Made by a program: the position numbers and the translations under genes. Below the pieces are notes generated by a model, which saw only the letters and a list, made by a program, of their open reading frames with translations, was not told the origin of the DNA and did not search any database. A stretch of DNA of 64,000 nucleotides. It comes from Candidatus Zixiibacteriota bacterium (GTDB taxonomy: Bacteria; RBG-13-66-14; B26-G2; WVWN01). Positions 1-8,515 of this stretch are shown here, in pieces. Position 1 is the stretch's first letter. Every line of letters begins with the position of its first letter. The DNA lies in assembly GCA_050117845.1 (NCBI GenBank), contig JASFLY010000002.1, positions 64,001-128,000 of the forward strand, in the 5' to 3' direction.

Positions 1-1226
1 CCCGGCACGCCGTCCGCCAACTCGATGTACCGTTCCCACTGGCCGGCGGCCCGCCCCGGTTCCGAAAACTCCCGCGCCACCGCCAGATTGTAATTGTAGT
101 CGGGGTTACCCGGTTCCAGCGCCACGGCCTTCTCGAACGCCTCCGCGGCCCACGTCGCCATCTCTTCCTCGAGGTATAACTCTCCTATCTGGTTCTGGAT
201 ATCGCCGTTATCGGGCAATCTCGCGGCCGCCTCGAAGAAATAGGCCAGCGCCCGGCCCGGCCGCCTCATCTCCCGCTCGATGCGGCCCAACGCCGCGTAG
301 GCCGGCCCGGCCCCCTCGCCCTTGAGGCTCGCCGCTTTTTCCAGAAGCGGCGTGGCTTTATCGTAACGGCGCCAACCCTCGTACGTAAGGCCCATGCCCT
401 CGGCGACGTCGCCCTCGTCGTAGCCCAGTTCGGCCGCGCGCTGATAGAACTCCATCGAGAGTTCGTATTCCCGCAATTCGAAGTAGGTCCGGCCCGCCTG
501 GTAGAAGAACCGGCCTTGCATCGGCGCCCGCAGGGCCCCGGCGTTGAAGGCCTGGGCCGCGGCGGCAAAATCGCCGGCATAATAAGTCGAAAGGCCGAGG
601 CCGTAATATCCCTCGACGTTATCGGGCGCTACCTCCAGCAGGCGCCGCCAGAAAAAGGCCGCCCGGTCGTAATCGCCCCGCCGGTGGTACAAAACGGCCA
701 GGTTGTGCACCGCCGCTAGACGCCGCGGGTCCTCCGTCAGGGCGCGCAAATACGCCTCTTCGGCGTCTTCCGACCTGCCGGCCGCGTCGTACGTTACGCC
801 CAGGTTGAACCAAGCCGCCGCGTCGTCGTCGTAAAATTCGAGGTAGGTGGAATACGCCGTAGCGGCGTCGTCGTAGCGCTCCTCTTCGTGGTACACCCGG
901 CCCAGGAAAAAGTAGGTTTCCGGGAAATCGGGGCCCGCGGCCGCCTCGTAATGGCCGGCGGCCCGCCCCGGAAGGCCCCGCTCCTGGTATACCCGGCCTA
1001 AATAGTAATGCGCCCGGCGGTCATCCGGACGCGTCAATAATACCTCGTAAAAGGCGATTTCGGCGCTTACCAGGTCCCCCGCCAGAAACGCCGCCTCCCC
1101 TATAATTAGATTCGCGTCCGCGGCCTCGGCCGACGCATCGGCCGCGCCTTCCGCGGTCGCCCCCGCCGCCGCGCCCCCGCCGGCTAGTATCAGGGCCAAC
1201 GCCCAGCCGATAGCGCGTTTACCCGT
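1..1226 (-). CDS. Exported tetratricopeptide-repeat protein (runs off left edge; start uncertain)
   Basis: Not in ORF track. My translation gives an open frame GKRAIGWALALILAGGGAAAG (signal-like) followed by TPR units such as AHYYLGRVY, AWFNLGVTY, AVHNLAVLY and YNYNLAVA. First canonical start is TTG at 1199; ACG at 1226 follows GGAGG. Confidence 0.8.
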
Positions 1227-1962
1227 GATAACCCTCCCTTCGAAGCTCAAGGTGGCGCTTCTGCGCGTCTTTCAGCTTGGAGGGCTTTATGCCGGTATGG
1301 GTGGCGGACATATTGAGTAGTTCTTCGTATAGCGCCACGGCCTTGTTTTTATCCGTATTCTCGTAGACCTGCGCCAGGTCGTACCGGATATTCATGGAAT
1401 AAGGCGCGACCTCTAGCGCGGCCTCGTAATACCCGATCGCCGCCTCGTAATCCCCGGCCGCGGCCTCGTTCTCCGCCGCCCCCCTGAGAATATCCAGGTC
1501 CTCGGGCGTGTATTTCAACGCGGCCGAGTATTCCTTCCGGGCCCCTTCGTAATTTTCGGCCTCGGATAACTCCGCGGCCCGGGCGAAATGGGGCCTCGCT
1601 CGGAGGCGGCCGCGATGAGCCTCGGCCTCACCGACCCACTCGTCCTGGGACGGGTCGGCGGCGGCCACCTTCAAGTACTCCTCCCAAGCCGCCAGCGCCT
1701 TTTCGTCGTCGACGAATTCGTACGCCAGCGCCAGGTTGAAGTACGCCGTCAGGAGGGTCGGGTCCTTTTCGACGGCGACGCGGTAGAAGGCTATCGCCTG
1801 GTCGTACTCCTGGGCCTCCATCGCCTGGTCGCCCCATATCAAGCGGGTCCGGGCAATTTCCTCCGGCGAACGACGCCGGGCGATAATGATGGCGGCGGCG
1901 ATGCCCACCGCGACCAGTATCGACCAGTACATCCACCGGCCTTTGCCGAATACCGTAACCAT
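1219..1962 (-). CDS. Membrane-anchored TPR protein
   Basis: N-terminal hydrophobic segment WSILVAVGIAAAIII; TPR motifs AYFNLALAYE and IRYDLAQVYE. Confidence 0.85.
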   Translation of the reverse strand: MVTVFGKGRWMYWSILVAVGIAAAIIIARRRSPEEIARTRLIWGDQAMEAQEYDQAIAFYRVAVEKDPTLLTAYFNLALAYEFVDDEKALAAWEEYLKVAAADPSQDEWVGEAEAHRGRLRARPHFARAAELSEAENYEGARKEYSAALKYTPEDLDILRGAAENEAAAGDYEAAIGYYEAALEVAPYSMNIRYDLAQVYENTDKNKAVALYEELLNMSATHTGIKPSKLKDAQKRHLELRREGYHG

Positions 1963-2688
1963 CTAGCCCTTCTCCCCGACGTTGTGCCGCGCGATGAGGT
2001 CGGGCAACTCGCCCAGGTTGTCGATAACGTAATCCGCCTGAGCCGCGGCGAATTGTTTGACCGACGGCCGGCGGTTGGCCCATCCCTGACGCACGCGGAC
2101 CGATACCATCCCGGCGAGGTTGGCGCCGATTACGTCCTTGTTGCGGTCGCCGACGTACATGACGGCGGCCGGGGGCCGGGCCGCCGCGGCCAGCGCGTCC
2201 CGGAACATCATCTGGCCCGGCTTGTGTTTGAATACGGGATAATCCTCCGAGATGAAGGTGGGGCCGAAAAACGCGGCCAGGCCCGCCCGTTCCAGCTTCA
2301 TCCGCTGTTCGGCGACGCGGCCGTCGGTGATAACGCCCAGGCCGAAACCTTCCGCGGCCAGCCGTTCCAACACCGGCCCCGCCTCCGGGAAGGCCGGGAT
2401 GCCACCGATCCCCTCATTAAATAAAGCCGCGCCCCGGGCCGCGAGTTCGTCCCGCAGGCCGTCCGTAACGCCCGCCTCGTAGAGCCACGCCCGGATGTAC
2501 TCCTCCGGCATCGTCGAGCCGAACGTGCCCGTCATCTCGGCCTCGAGTTCGGGGGGCGGGACGGCGCCGCCGGCCGCGGCGACCGCCGGCCTCAGCTCCG
2601 CCAGCGCGGCCTCGTAGGCCTCCGCCACCGTAGCCGTGGTTTCGACGAGCGTGTCGTCCAGGTCGAAATATACGAATTCTATTTTCAA
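1963..2688 (-). CDS. HAD-family hydrolase (phosphatase)
   Basis: Motif I FDLDDTL, motif II ITDG, KP, motif IV YVGDR..DVIGA. Confidence 0.9.
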   Translation of the reverse strand: MKIEFVYFDLDDTLVETTATVAEAYEAALAELRPAVAAAGGAVPPPELEAEMTGTFGSTMPEEYIRAWLYEAGVTDGLRDELAARGAALFNEGIGGIPAFPEAGPVLERLAAEGFGLGVITDGRVAEQRMKLERAGLAAFFGPTFISEDYPVFKHKPGQMMFRDALAAAARPPAAVMYVGDRNKDVIGANLAGMVSVRVRQGWANRRPSVKQFAAAQADYVIDNLGELPDLIARHNVGEKG

Positions 2689-2734
2689 TTTTAACTCGTT
2701 CCTCGGTTAATTTATATCACACCAGGCCGCCGGC

Positions 2735-4696
2735 CTACAACTTTTTCGCCCGCCGCAGGGCCGTCAGTACCGCCTCGCCGCGCGGCGTTATCCCGCCGCC
2801 GGCCATAAGGCCCTCGACGAGGGTGACGACGCGTTTCAACTCGTCGCCCGCGGGCGCGGGGCCCCCGGCGAGCCAGGCCAGTTCCGCCCGGGCCCGGCGG
2901 TCGTCGGTATCTTTAATCGCGGCGTAGAACGTCGGGTAAAGCCGTTCGGCCATCGCCGCCGCCAACTCAGCCCAGGGGCGCTCCGCCCGCACGTAGAGGG
3001 CGCTCTTGTCCTCGGTCCCCGAGTTGCGGACGAATAGGCCCATGACCTGCCGCTCGCCCTCGTACCCCGCCCAGTAAAGCAATTCCGGTTCCTCTTCGAA
3101 GTGTAGTTTCCGCCACGAGAGAGCCGGCGCGTCCCGACGGGCCGCGGCCTCGATTTCTCCGTCCATCAACTCGAATACGGCCTTCCCCGGCAGCAAAGCC
3201 TCCTTGCGGGTATAGAATACGTAATTATTACTCTTGTAGCCGCGCTCGAAAGGGGCCCGCAGGCGGTTATATAAATCTCCGGGCGAGAGTTCCTTTTTTA
3301 AGGCAACTATTGCGGCCAGCGTATTAAGGGCCGACTTCAGGCCGTTCCCCGCGGCGAAGGGCACCGACGCCCCGCTCGCCGTCGTCAGATCGCCGAAGGT
3401 TATGGCGTGGCCCGTCTCCTCGCAGCCGACGCCGTAGGAGACCTCCGCCGCTTTGGGCAATTCCCCCGCCCGGAAGGCCGGCGCGAGCCGCGCCGAGAGG
3501 GCCGCGCCGCTCTCGTCCGGCGAGGCCGGGATTCCCGCCGCCCGCCGCCACGCCTCGGTAAGTATCCACTTGTCGCCCACGGGCTTGAGCTGAGGTTCGT
3601 AGCCGAGGGCCGCCGCGGCGCCCGCCACCGCCAGGTCGCTCTCCACGGTGTTGAGGAAGGCCCGCCCTTCCACCTTGCCGCCCAGCCGCCGGGCCATCTC
3701 CGCCGCCTGGAGCGTGGCCACCTCGTCGCCCGAGAGGACGACGAACTCCCCATCCTGTCCCGTGGGACTATGCCTCGCATCGTATACGACCAGGAAGAAA
3801 CGGTCGCCGTCGGCGTCGAAGACCGTCCCGGCGAGAACACGGCCTTCGTCGGTTTCTTCGGCCAAAGCCGCCAGCTTCGCGAGCGCCGGGTAGTCGGCGA
3901 AGCGGCCGCCGGCGCGGAGGTCCTCGGCCGTTATGGCCGCGACGCCCTCCAGGTCGGCGACGCCCGAGCGCCAGTTGACGCGGCCTTCGCCGTCGTCGGC
4001 GTTGGCCTCGTATACGTCGGCCCCAAAAGCCGCCAGGAGTTCCGCCGCCACGGCCGAGTACGACCCTCGGGCCGGGTCCACCACCAGCGCGAAGTCGGCC
4101 AGCGGCTTCTCGGCCGGCTCGAGCCAGGCGTTGTCGGGCGCCTTGTGGAAGGCGTCGAAGACGCGGCGCCAGTCCCCCCGGGCGTCCACCTCGTCGCCCG
4201 ACAGCGGCGCGGCCTTAACGGCTTCCCAGTCGAGCGCCCGCACGGCCGCGGTCAACTCGCGGTCGTCGGCCGGCAATAGTTTTAGACCGGCCGGCGCCAG
4301 GAATATTTTAACGCCGTTCTGGCCCGCCGGGTTATGGGACGCGGTTATCATGAGGCCCGCGGCGGCGCCGCGATACGCCATGAACATCGGGACCGCCGGC
4401 GTCGGCGCCACGGCCATCACGACCGCCGTCGCGCCGCCCTTCCGCAGGCCCCGCACGACGGCGCCGGTGAAGTCGCCCTTCGGGTCGCGCGGGTCCCAAC
4501 CGACGACTATCTCCCGGGAGGGCGGCTCCCCGGCGAGACACAGCCGGGCGAAGGCGTACGCGTAACCCTCCAGGAAGGCGTCGGTGATGACCGCTTTCTC
4601 GTTGAACGCCTCGGCCGGCGAGAGGCCGGCGAGTGAGGGGTCGTCCTGCCTACGCACGTCGCGCCGGATGCCGTCCGTTCCCTGAATCCGGTCCAT
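2735..4696 (-). CDS. Alpha-D-phosphohexomutase (GlmM-like phosphoglucosamine mutase), long form
   Basis: GTDGIR, catalytic TASHNP, metal loop DADGDR, CEETGH, RNSGTE; in glmS operon. Confidence 0.85.
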   Translation of the reverse strand: MDRIQGTDGIRRDVRRQDDPSLAGLSPAEAFNEKAVITDAFLEGYAYAFARLCLAGEPPSREIVVGWDPRDPKGDFTGAVVRGLRKGGATAVVMAVAPTPAVPMFMAYRGAAAGLMITASHNPAGQNGVKIFLAPAGLKLLPADDRELTAAVRALDWEAVKAAPLSGDEVDARGDWRRVFDAFHKAPDNAWLEPAEKPLADFALVVDPARGSYSAVAAELLAAFGADVYEANADDGEGRVNWRSGVADLEGVAAITAEDLRAGGRFADYPALAKLAALAEETDEGRVLAGTVFDADGDRFFLVVYDARHSPTGQDGEFVVLSGDEVATLQAAEMARRLGGKVEGRAFLNTVESDLAVAGAAAALGYEPQLKPVGDKWILTEAWRRAAGIPASPDESGAALSARLAPAFRAGELPKAAEVSYGVGCEETGHAITFGDLTTASGASVPFAAGNGLKSALNTLAAIVALKKELSPGDLYNRLRAPFERGYKSNNYVFYTRKEALLPGKAVFELMDGEIEAAARRDAPALSWRKLHFEEEPELLYWAGYEGERQVMGLFVRNSGTEDKSALYVRAERPWAELAAAMAERLYPTFYAAIKDTDDRRARAELAWLAGGPAPAGDELKRVVTLVEGLMAGGGITPRGEAVLTALRRAKKL

Positions 4697-4755
4697 AATT
4701 AAACCCCAAGCCGCGGCGGGGCCGCGGCCTATCGAGAATTAGGTGTGATACGGAT

Positions 4756-5451
4756 TTAAACGCGCCGGCGCGGTATTATCTCCTGGCGCTGGCGCAACTT
4801 TACCACCGAGTTCGCAGGGACGAAGCCGCGCACGTTGCTGTTGGCGTATATTATCGTCCGGGGGCCGACGACGGTCCCGGGGTTCGTGACCGAGTTGCAG
4901 CCTATCTCCACGTCGTCGCCGAGGATGGCGCCGAACTTGTTCAGGCCGGTGTCGACGACCTCGCCGCCGATGACGAGCTTCACGCCCTTGGCCGCGGCCA
5001 CCTTCCAGTTGGACAGTTTGACCCCCGCGCCGAGGTTGGTCCGCAGGCCCAGGACGCTGTCGCCGACGTAGTTGAAGTGCGGCGCGTGCGAGCCCTCGAG
5101 CATAAGCGCGTTCTTGACCTCGCTCGAGTTGCCGACGATGCAGCCGTCCGCGATGACGGCGTCGCCGCGGATATACGCTCCCGCGCGGATCTCGCAGCCC
5201 GCGCCGATGACCGTGGGACCCTTGATGACCGCGCCCGGCTCCACTACCGTGCCCGGGCCGACGTCGACGTCGTCCCCCAACACGTGCGCGCCCGGCATAA
5301 TCTCGCCCTCGCGCACGCCGCGCAGGAGTTCGCGGGCCAGTTTCCCTATCTCGTGCAACGGGCCCCAGGGCCACTCGAACCGGCCTAGGAACTCGCCGTA
5401 CGCCGTGGCCGTCAGGTCGAAAAAAGTCCCCGGCTTCAAGTCGTCGCTCAT
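4756..5451 (-). CDS. Hexapeptide-repeat (LbH) acyltransferase similar to the GlmU acetyltransferase domain
   Basis: Hexapeptide repeats, HFNYVGDSVLG, NLGAG, KFGAILGD; no N-terminal nucleotidyltransferase domain. Confidence 0.8.
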   Translation of the reverse strand: MSDDLKPGTFFDLTATAYGEFLGRFEWPWGPLHEIGKLARELLRGVREGEIMPGAHVLGDDVDVGPGTVVEPGAVIKGPTVIGAGCEIRAGAYIRGDAVIADGCIVGNSSEVKNALMLEGSHAPHFNYVGDSVLGLRTNLGAGVKLSNWKVAAAKGVKLVIGGEVVDTGLNKFGAILGDDVEIGCNSVTNPGTVVGPRTIIYANSNVRGFVPANSVVKLRQRQEIIPRRRV

Positions 5452-5469
5452 GCGCTACCTCCTGTCGGG

Positions 5470-6618
5470 CTAGGTCTGGGTGGCCTTTAGTACCTCTATC
5501 AACGCCGACGTGAGTTTGGCCGGGTCGTGTCGCAGGACCGTCTTGGTTTGAACGTCGCCCGCGCCGTCCTCCTGCCGGATGGACTGCTCCTGGACTTCCG
5601 TTATAACGTCGGTGGCGTGGATGATGCTGCCCTCGACGACGAGGAGTTCCCGCCCCTCGCCGAACGACACCGTCGAGACCTCGTCCGATTCGCCGGGATC
5701 GAAGAGGATCTGCCCCGCGCCTTCCCGCTCGTACTTCTCGCGAATGGCCGGCGACACCTCGCGGTCGTTGACCAGCACGTAGTCGATGGGGAAGCCGCCG
5801 TACTTCTTGATTTCGCGGATGTGGTCGGAGAGCGAGTACGTGTCCGTCTTGCCCGGCTGCGTCATGACGTTGGCGATGTATATGGTCCGGCAGTTGGCCT
5901 TCTTGATGGCGTCCGCGATGCCGCTGACCAGGAGGTTGGGGATGATGGAGGTGTAGAGGCCGCCGGGCCCCAGGATAACGACGTCGGCGTCGAGGATGGC
6001 CTCGACCACGCCGGGCATGGGGTCGCACGCCACCTCCTCGGGATGGCCGTTGCCGTTTCCCGACCCGTTGGTCCGCCGGGCCAAAAAGACCCGGGAAATC
6101 CGGCCCGCGCCGTTGTGGTTCAGCTCGTCCTCGCCCACCAGCGTCCGGCCGTCGTCGGTCTCGGCGCAGAGGCGCACGCGCTCGAGCGTCGCCGGGAGGA
6201 TAGTCCCCTCGGCTCTTAATACTCGGCTCGCGTCCTTGATGGCGTTGAGGTAGTTGTTGTCGTTCATCTGGATGAGGGCCGTGAGGAAGAGGTTCCCGAA
6301 GGCCTGGCCGCCGAAGTCGCCGCCGCCCACGAATTTGTGGAGGAATAGTTTGGACAGCAATTCCTCCTCGTCGGCCAGCGCAGCGAGGCAGGCGCGTACG
6401 TCGCCCGGCGGCAGGATGCCGAACTCGTCGATGAGTTTGCCCGTGGCGCCGGCGTCGTCCGACACCGTCACGACCGCCGTCAGGCTCGAGAGATCAAGGG
6501 GAGCTTCCTCGTCCTCCTCGTGCCGGCGGACGTAGGTCTTGATGCCCCGCAGAAGCGTCGCCAGGCCGGTCCCGCCGCCGACGGCCACGAGCCGAAGTTT
6601 ATTCAAAGATAGTGCCAT
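5470..6618 (-). CDS. yvcK: YvcK/GlmR (UPF0052) family UDP-GlcNAc-binding protein
   Basis: VAVGGGTGL, TAVVTVSDD, LPPGDVR, GPGGLYTSIIPNLLV, NVMTQPG, RHDP. Confidence 0.9.
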   Translation of the reverse strand: MALSLNKLRLVAVGGGTGLATLLRGIKTYVRRHEEDEEAPLDLSSLTAVVTVSDDAGATGKLIDEFGILPPGDVRACLAALADEEELLSKLFLHKFVGGGDFGGQAFGNLFLTALIQMNDNNYLNAIKDASRVLRAEGTILPATLERVRLCAETDDGRTLVGEDELNHNGAGRISRVFLARRTNGSGNGNGHPEEVACDPMPGVVEAILDADVVILGPGGLYTSIIPNLLVSGIADAIKKANCRTIYIANVMTQPGKTDTYSLSDHIREIKKYGGFPIDYVLVNDREVSPAIREKYEREGAGQILFDPGESDEVSTVSFGEGRELLVVEGSIIHATDVITEVQEQSIRQEDGAGDVQTKTVLRHDPAKLTSALIEVLKATQT

Positions 6619-6645
6619 CTCGATTCTCCTGTATTATACCGAGTC

Positions 6646-8481
6646 TTACTCGACGGTAACGCTCTTGGCCAGGTTGCGCGGCTGGTCCACGTCGCGGCCC
6701 AGCGCCACCGCGGCCTCGTACGCGATGAGCTGCGCGGGGACCGCGGCCAGCACCGGCGCGAATATCTCCGGCACCGCCGGCAGCGTGATAACGTCCTCCA
6801 CCAGGCCCTCCAGGCCGACGCCCCCCTCGCCCACCACGGCGAAGTTGCGCGCGCCCCGAGCCCGGACCTCGTGGATGTTGGAAACCATCTTGTCCCAGAC
6901 GCCCTCCTGCGTCATGAACGACACGACCGGCGTCCCCTCGTCGATGAGGGCGATGGTCCCGTGTTTTATCTCGCCGGCGGCGTATGCCTCCGCGTGGACG
7001 TAGGATATTTCTTTGAGTTTAAGCGCGGCCTCCCGGGCCAGCGGTTCGTCCATGTTGCGGCCCAGGAAGTAGCAATCGCGTTCGGCGGAGATTATCTCGC
7101 CCCAGCGCCGCGCCGATTCCGCCGTCTCCGCGATGGCCCGCTCGAGGTTGGACGGAAGGGCGGCGATGTGCTCCAGCATCTCCGGCCGGCCGCAGGGCCA
7201 CTGGACCCGCCGCCGGTCGGCCAGGAAACAGCCGAGCAGCATCAGCGCCACCAGTTGGGAAGTGAAGGCCTTGGTCGAGGCCACCGCTATCTCCGGGCCG
7301 GCCCGGGTATACATCACGGCGTCGGCGTCGCGGGCGAGGGTGCTCCCCCGCACGTTGACGATGGCCAGCGTCTTGGCGCCCCGCGCCTTCGCCTCCTCCA
7401 TCGAGGCGATGGTGTCCGCGGTCTCGCCGGACTGGCTTATGAGGATGACGAGCGACTTATCGTCCAGGATGGGGTCGCGGTAGCGGAACTCGGAAGCCAC
7501 GTCCACCGCCACCGGCACGCGGAGGACGCGCTCGAAGAGGTACTTGCCGTAGAGGCCGGCGTGGTAGGCCGTACCGCACGCGACTATGTGGAAATTGTTG
7601 ACGCGGCGGATCTGCTCGTGCGCGAGGTCCATTTCCCGTAGGACTATCTCGCCGTCCTTGATGCGCCCCTGCAGCGTGTTCTCTATCGCCCGGGGCTGTT
7701 CCGCTATTTCCTTGAGCATGTAATGGGGATAGTCGTTTTTGGAAACGTCCTCGGCCCGCCAGTCCACGATGGTGAGCTGGCGCCGGGCCGGCCGGCCCGC
7801 ACGCTCGGGCAGGAACGTGTCGACTTCGATGCGGTGCGGCTCGACCGAGACGACGTCGCCGTTCTCGAGGACGTACACTTTATTCGTATCTTGAAGCACC
7901 GCCGTGATGTCGGAGGCGATGAAGTTCTCCCCGCCGCCCACGCCCACGATGAGCGGCGCGTGGTAACGGACTCCCACCAGCCTGTTCTCGCCCGCGGCCA
8001 TGAAGACCAGCGCGAAGGAGCCCTGCAGCCGGGCGGCGGTCTTCTTGGCCGCATCGAGAAGGTCGCCCTCGTAGTACTCCTCGAGCAGGTGGACGACGAC
8101 CTCGGTGTCGGTCTCGGATTGGAACTTGTGGCCCCGCGCGAGCAGCTCCTGCTTGAGCGAGGGGAAGTTCTCGATGATGCCGTTCTGGATGACGAAGAGG
8201 CGGCCCGAGCAATCGACGTGGGGGTGGGCGTTGACCTTGTTGGGGGCGCCGTGGGTGGCCCAACGGGTGTGGCCTATGCCCACGGTCCCGGGGGGCTCGT
8301 TCCCGTTCAGCGCGTTGCGAAGGTTCTCTATCTTGCCGGGCATCTTCTCGACGGCGATGACGCCGTCGCTCGCCACCGCGATGCCGGCCGAATCGTACCC
8401 CCGGTACGACAGATCGTCGAGGCGGTCGACCAGAATCGCCGCCGCCGGCCTCTTACCGATGTATCCCACGATACCGCACAT
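6646..8481 (-). CDS. glmS: Glutamine--fructose-6-phosphate aminotransferase
   Basis: MCGIVG N-terminus, RGYDSAG, GHTRWATHG, SQSGETAD, C-terminal PRNLAKSVTVE. Confidence 0.98.
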   Translation of the reverse strand: MCGIVGYIGKRPAAAILVDRLDDLSYRGYDSAGIAVASDGVIAVEKMPGKIENLRNALNGNEPPGTVGIGHTRWATHGAPNKVNAHPHVDCSGRLFVIQNGIIENFPSLKQELLARGHKFQSETDTEVVVHLLEEYYEGDLLDAAKKTAARLQGSFALVFMAAGENRLVGVRYHAPLIVGVGGGENFIASDITAVLQDTNKVYVLENGDVVSVEPHRIEVDTFLPERAGRPARRQLTIVDWRAEDVSKNDYPHYMLKEIAEQPRAIENTLQGRIKDGEIVLREMDLAHEQIRRVNNFHIVACGTAYHAGLYGKYLFERVLRVPVAVDVASEFRYRDPILDDKSLVILISQSGETADTIASMEEAKARGAKTLAIVNVRGSTLARDADAVMYTRAGPEIAVASTKAFTSQLVALMLLGCFLADRRRVQWPCGRPEMLEHIAALPSNLERAIAETAESARRWGEIISAERDCYFLGRNMDEPLAREAALKLKEISYVHAEAYAAGEIKHGTIALIDEGTPVVSFMTQEGVWDKMVSNIHEVRARGARNFAVVGEGGVGLEGLVEDVITLPAVPEIFAPVLAAVPAQLIAYEAAVALGRDVDQPRNLAKSVTVE

Positions 8482-8515
8482 ATAGTCCTCGCTCTCGAAA
8501 ACGCGCCGCGGGCCG

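Noticed and set aside
8482..8515. glmS ribozyme
   Set aside because: The gap upstream of glmS is only about 34 nt, too short for the ribozyme.
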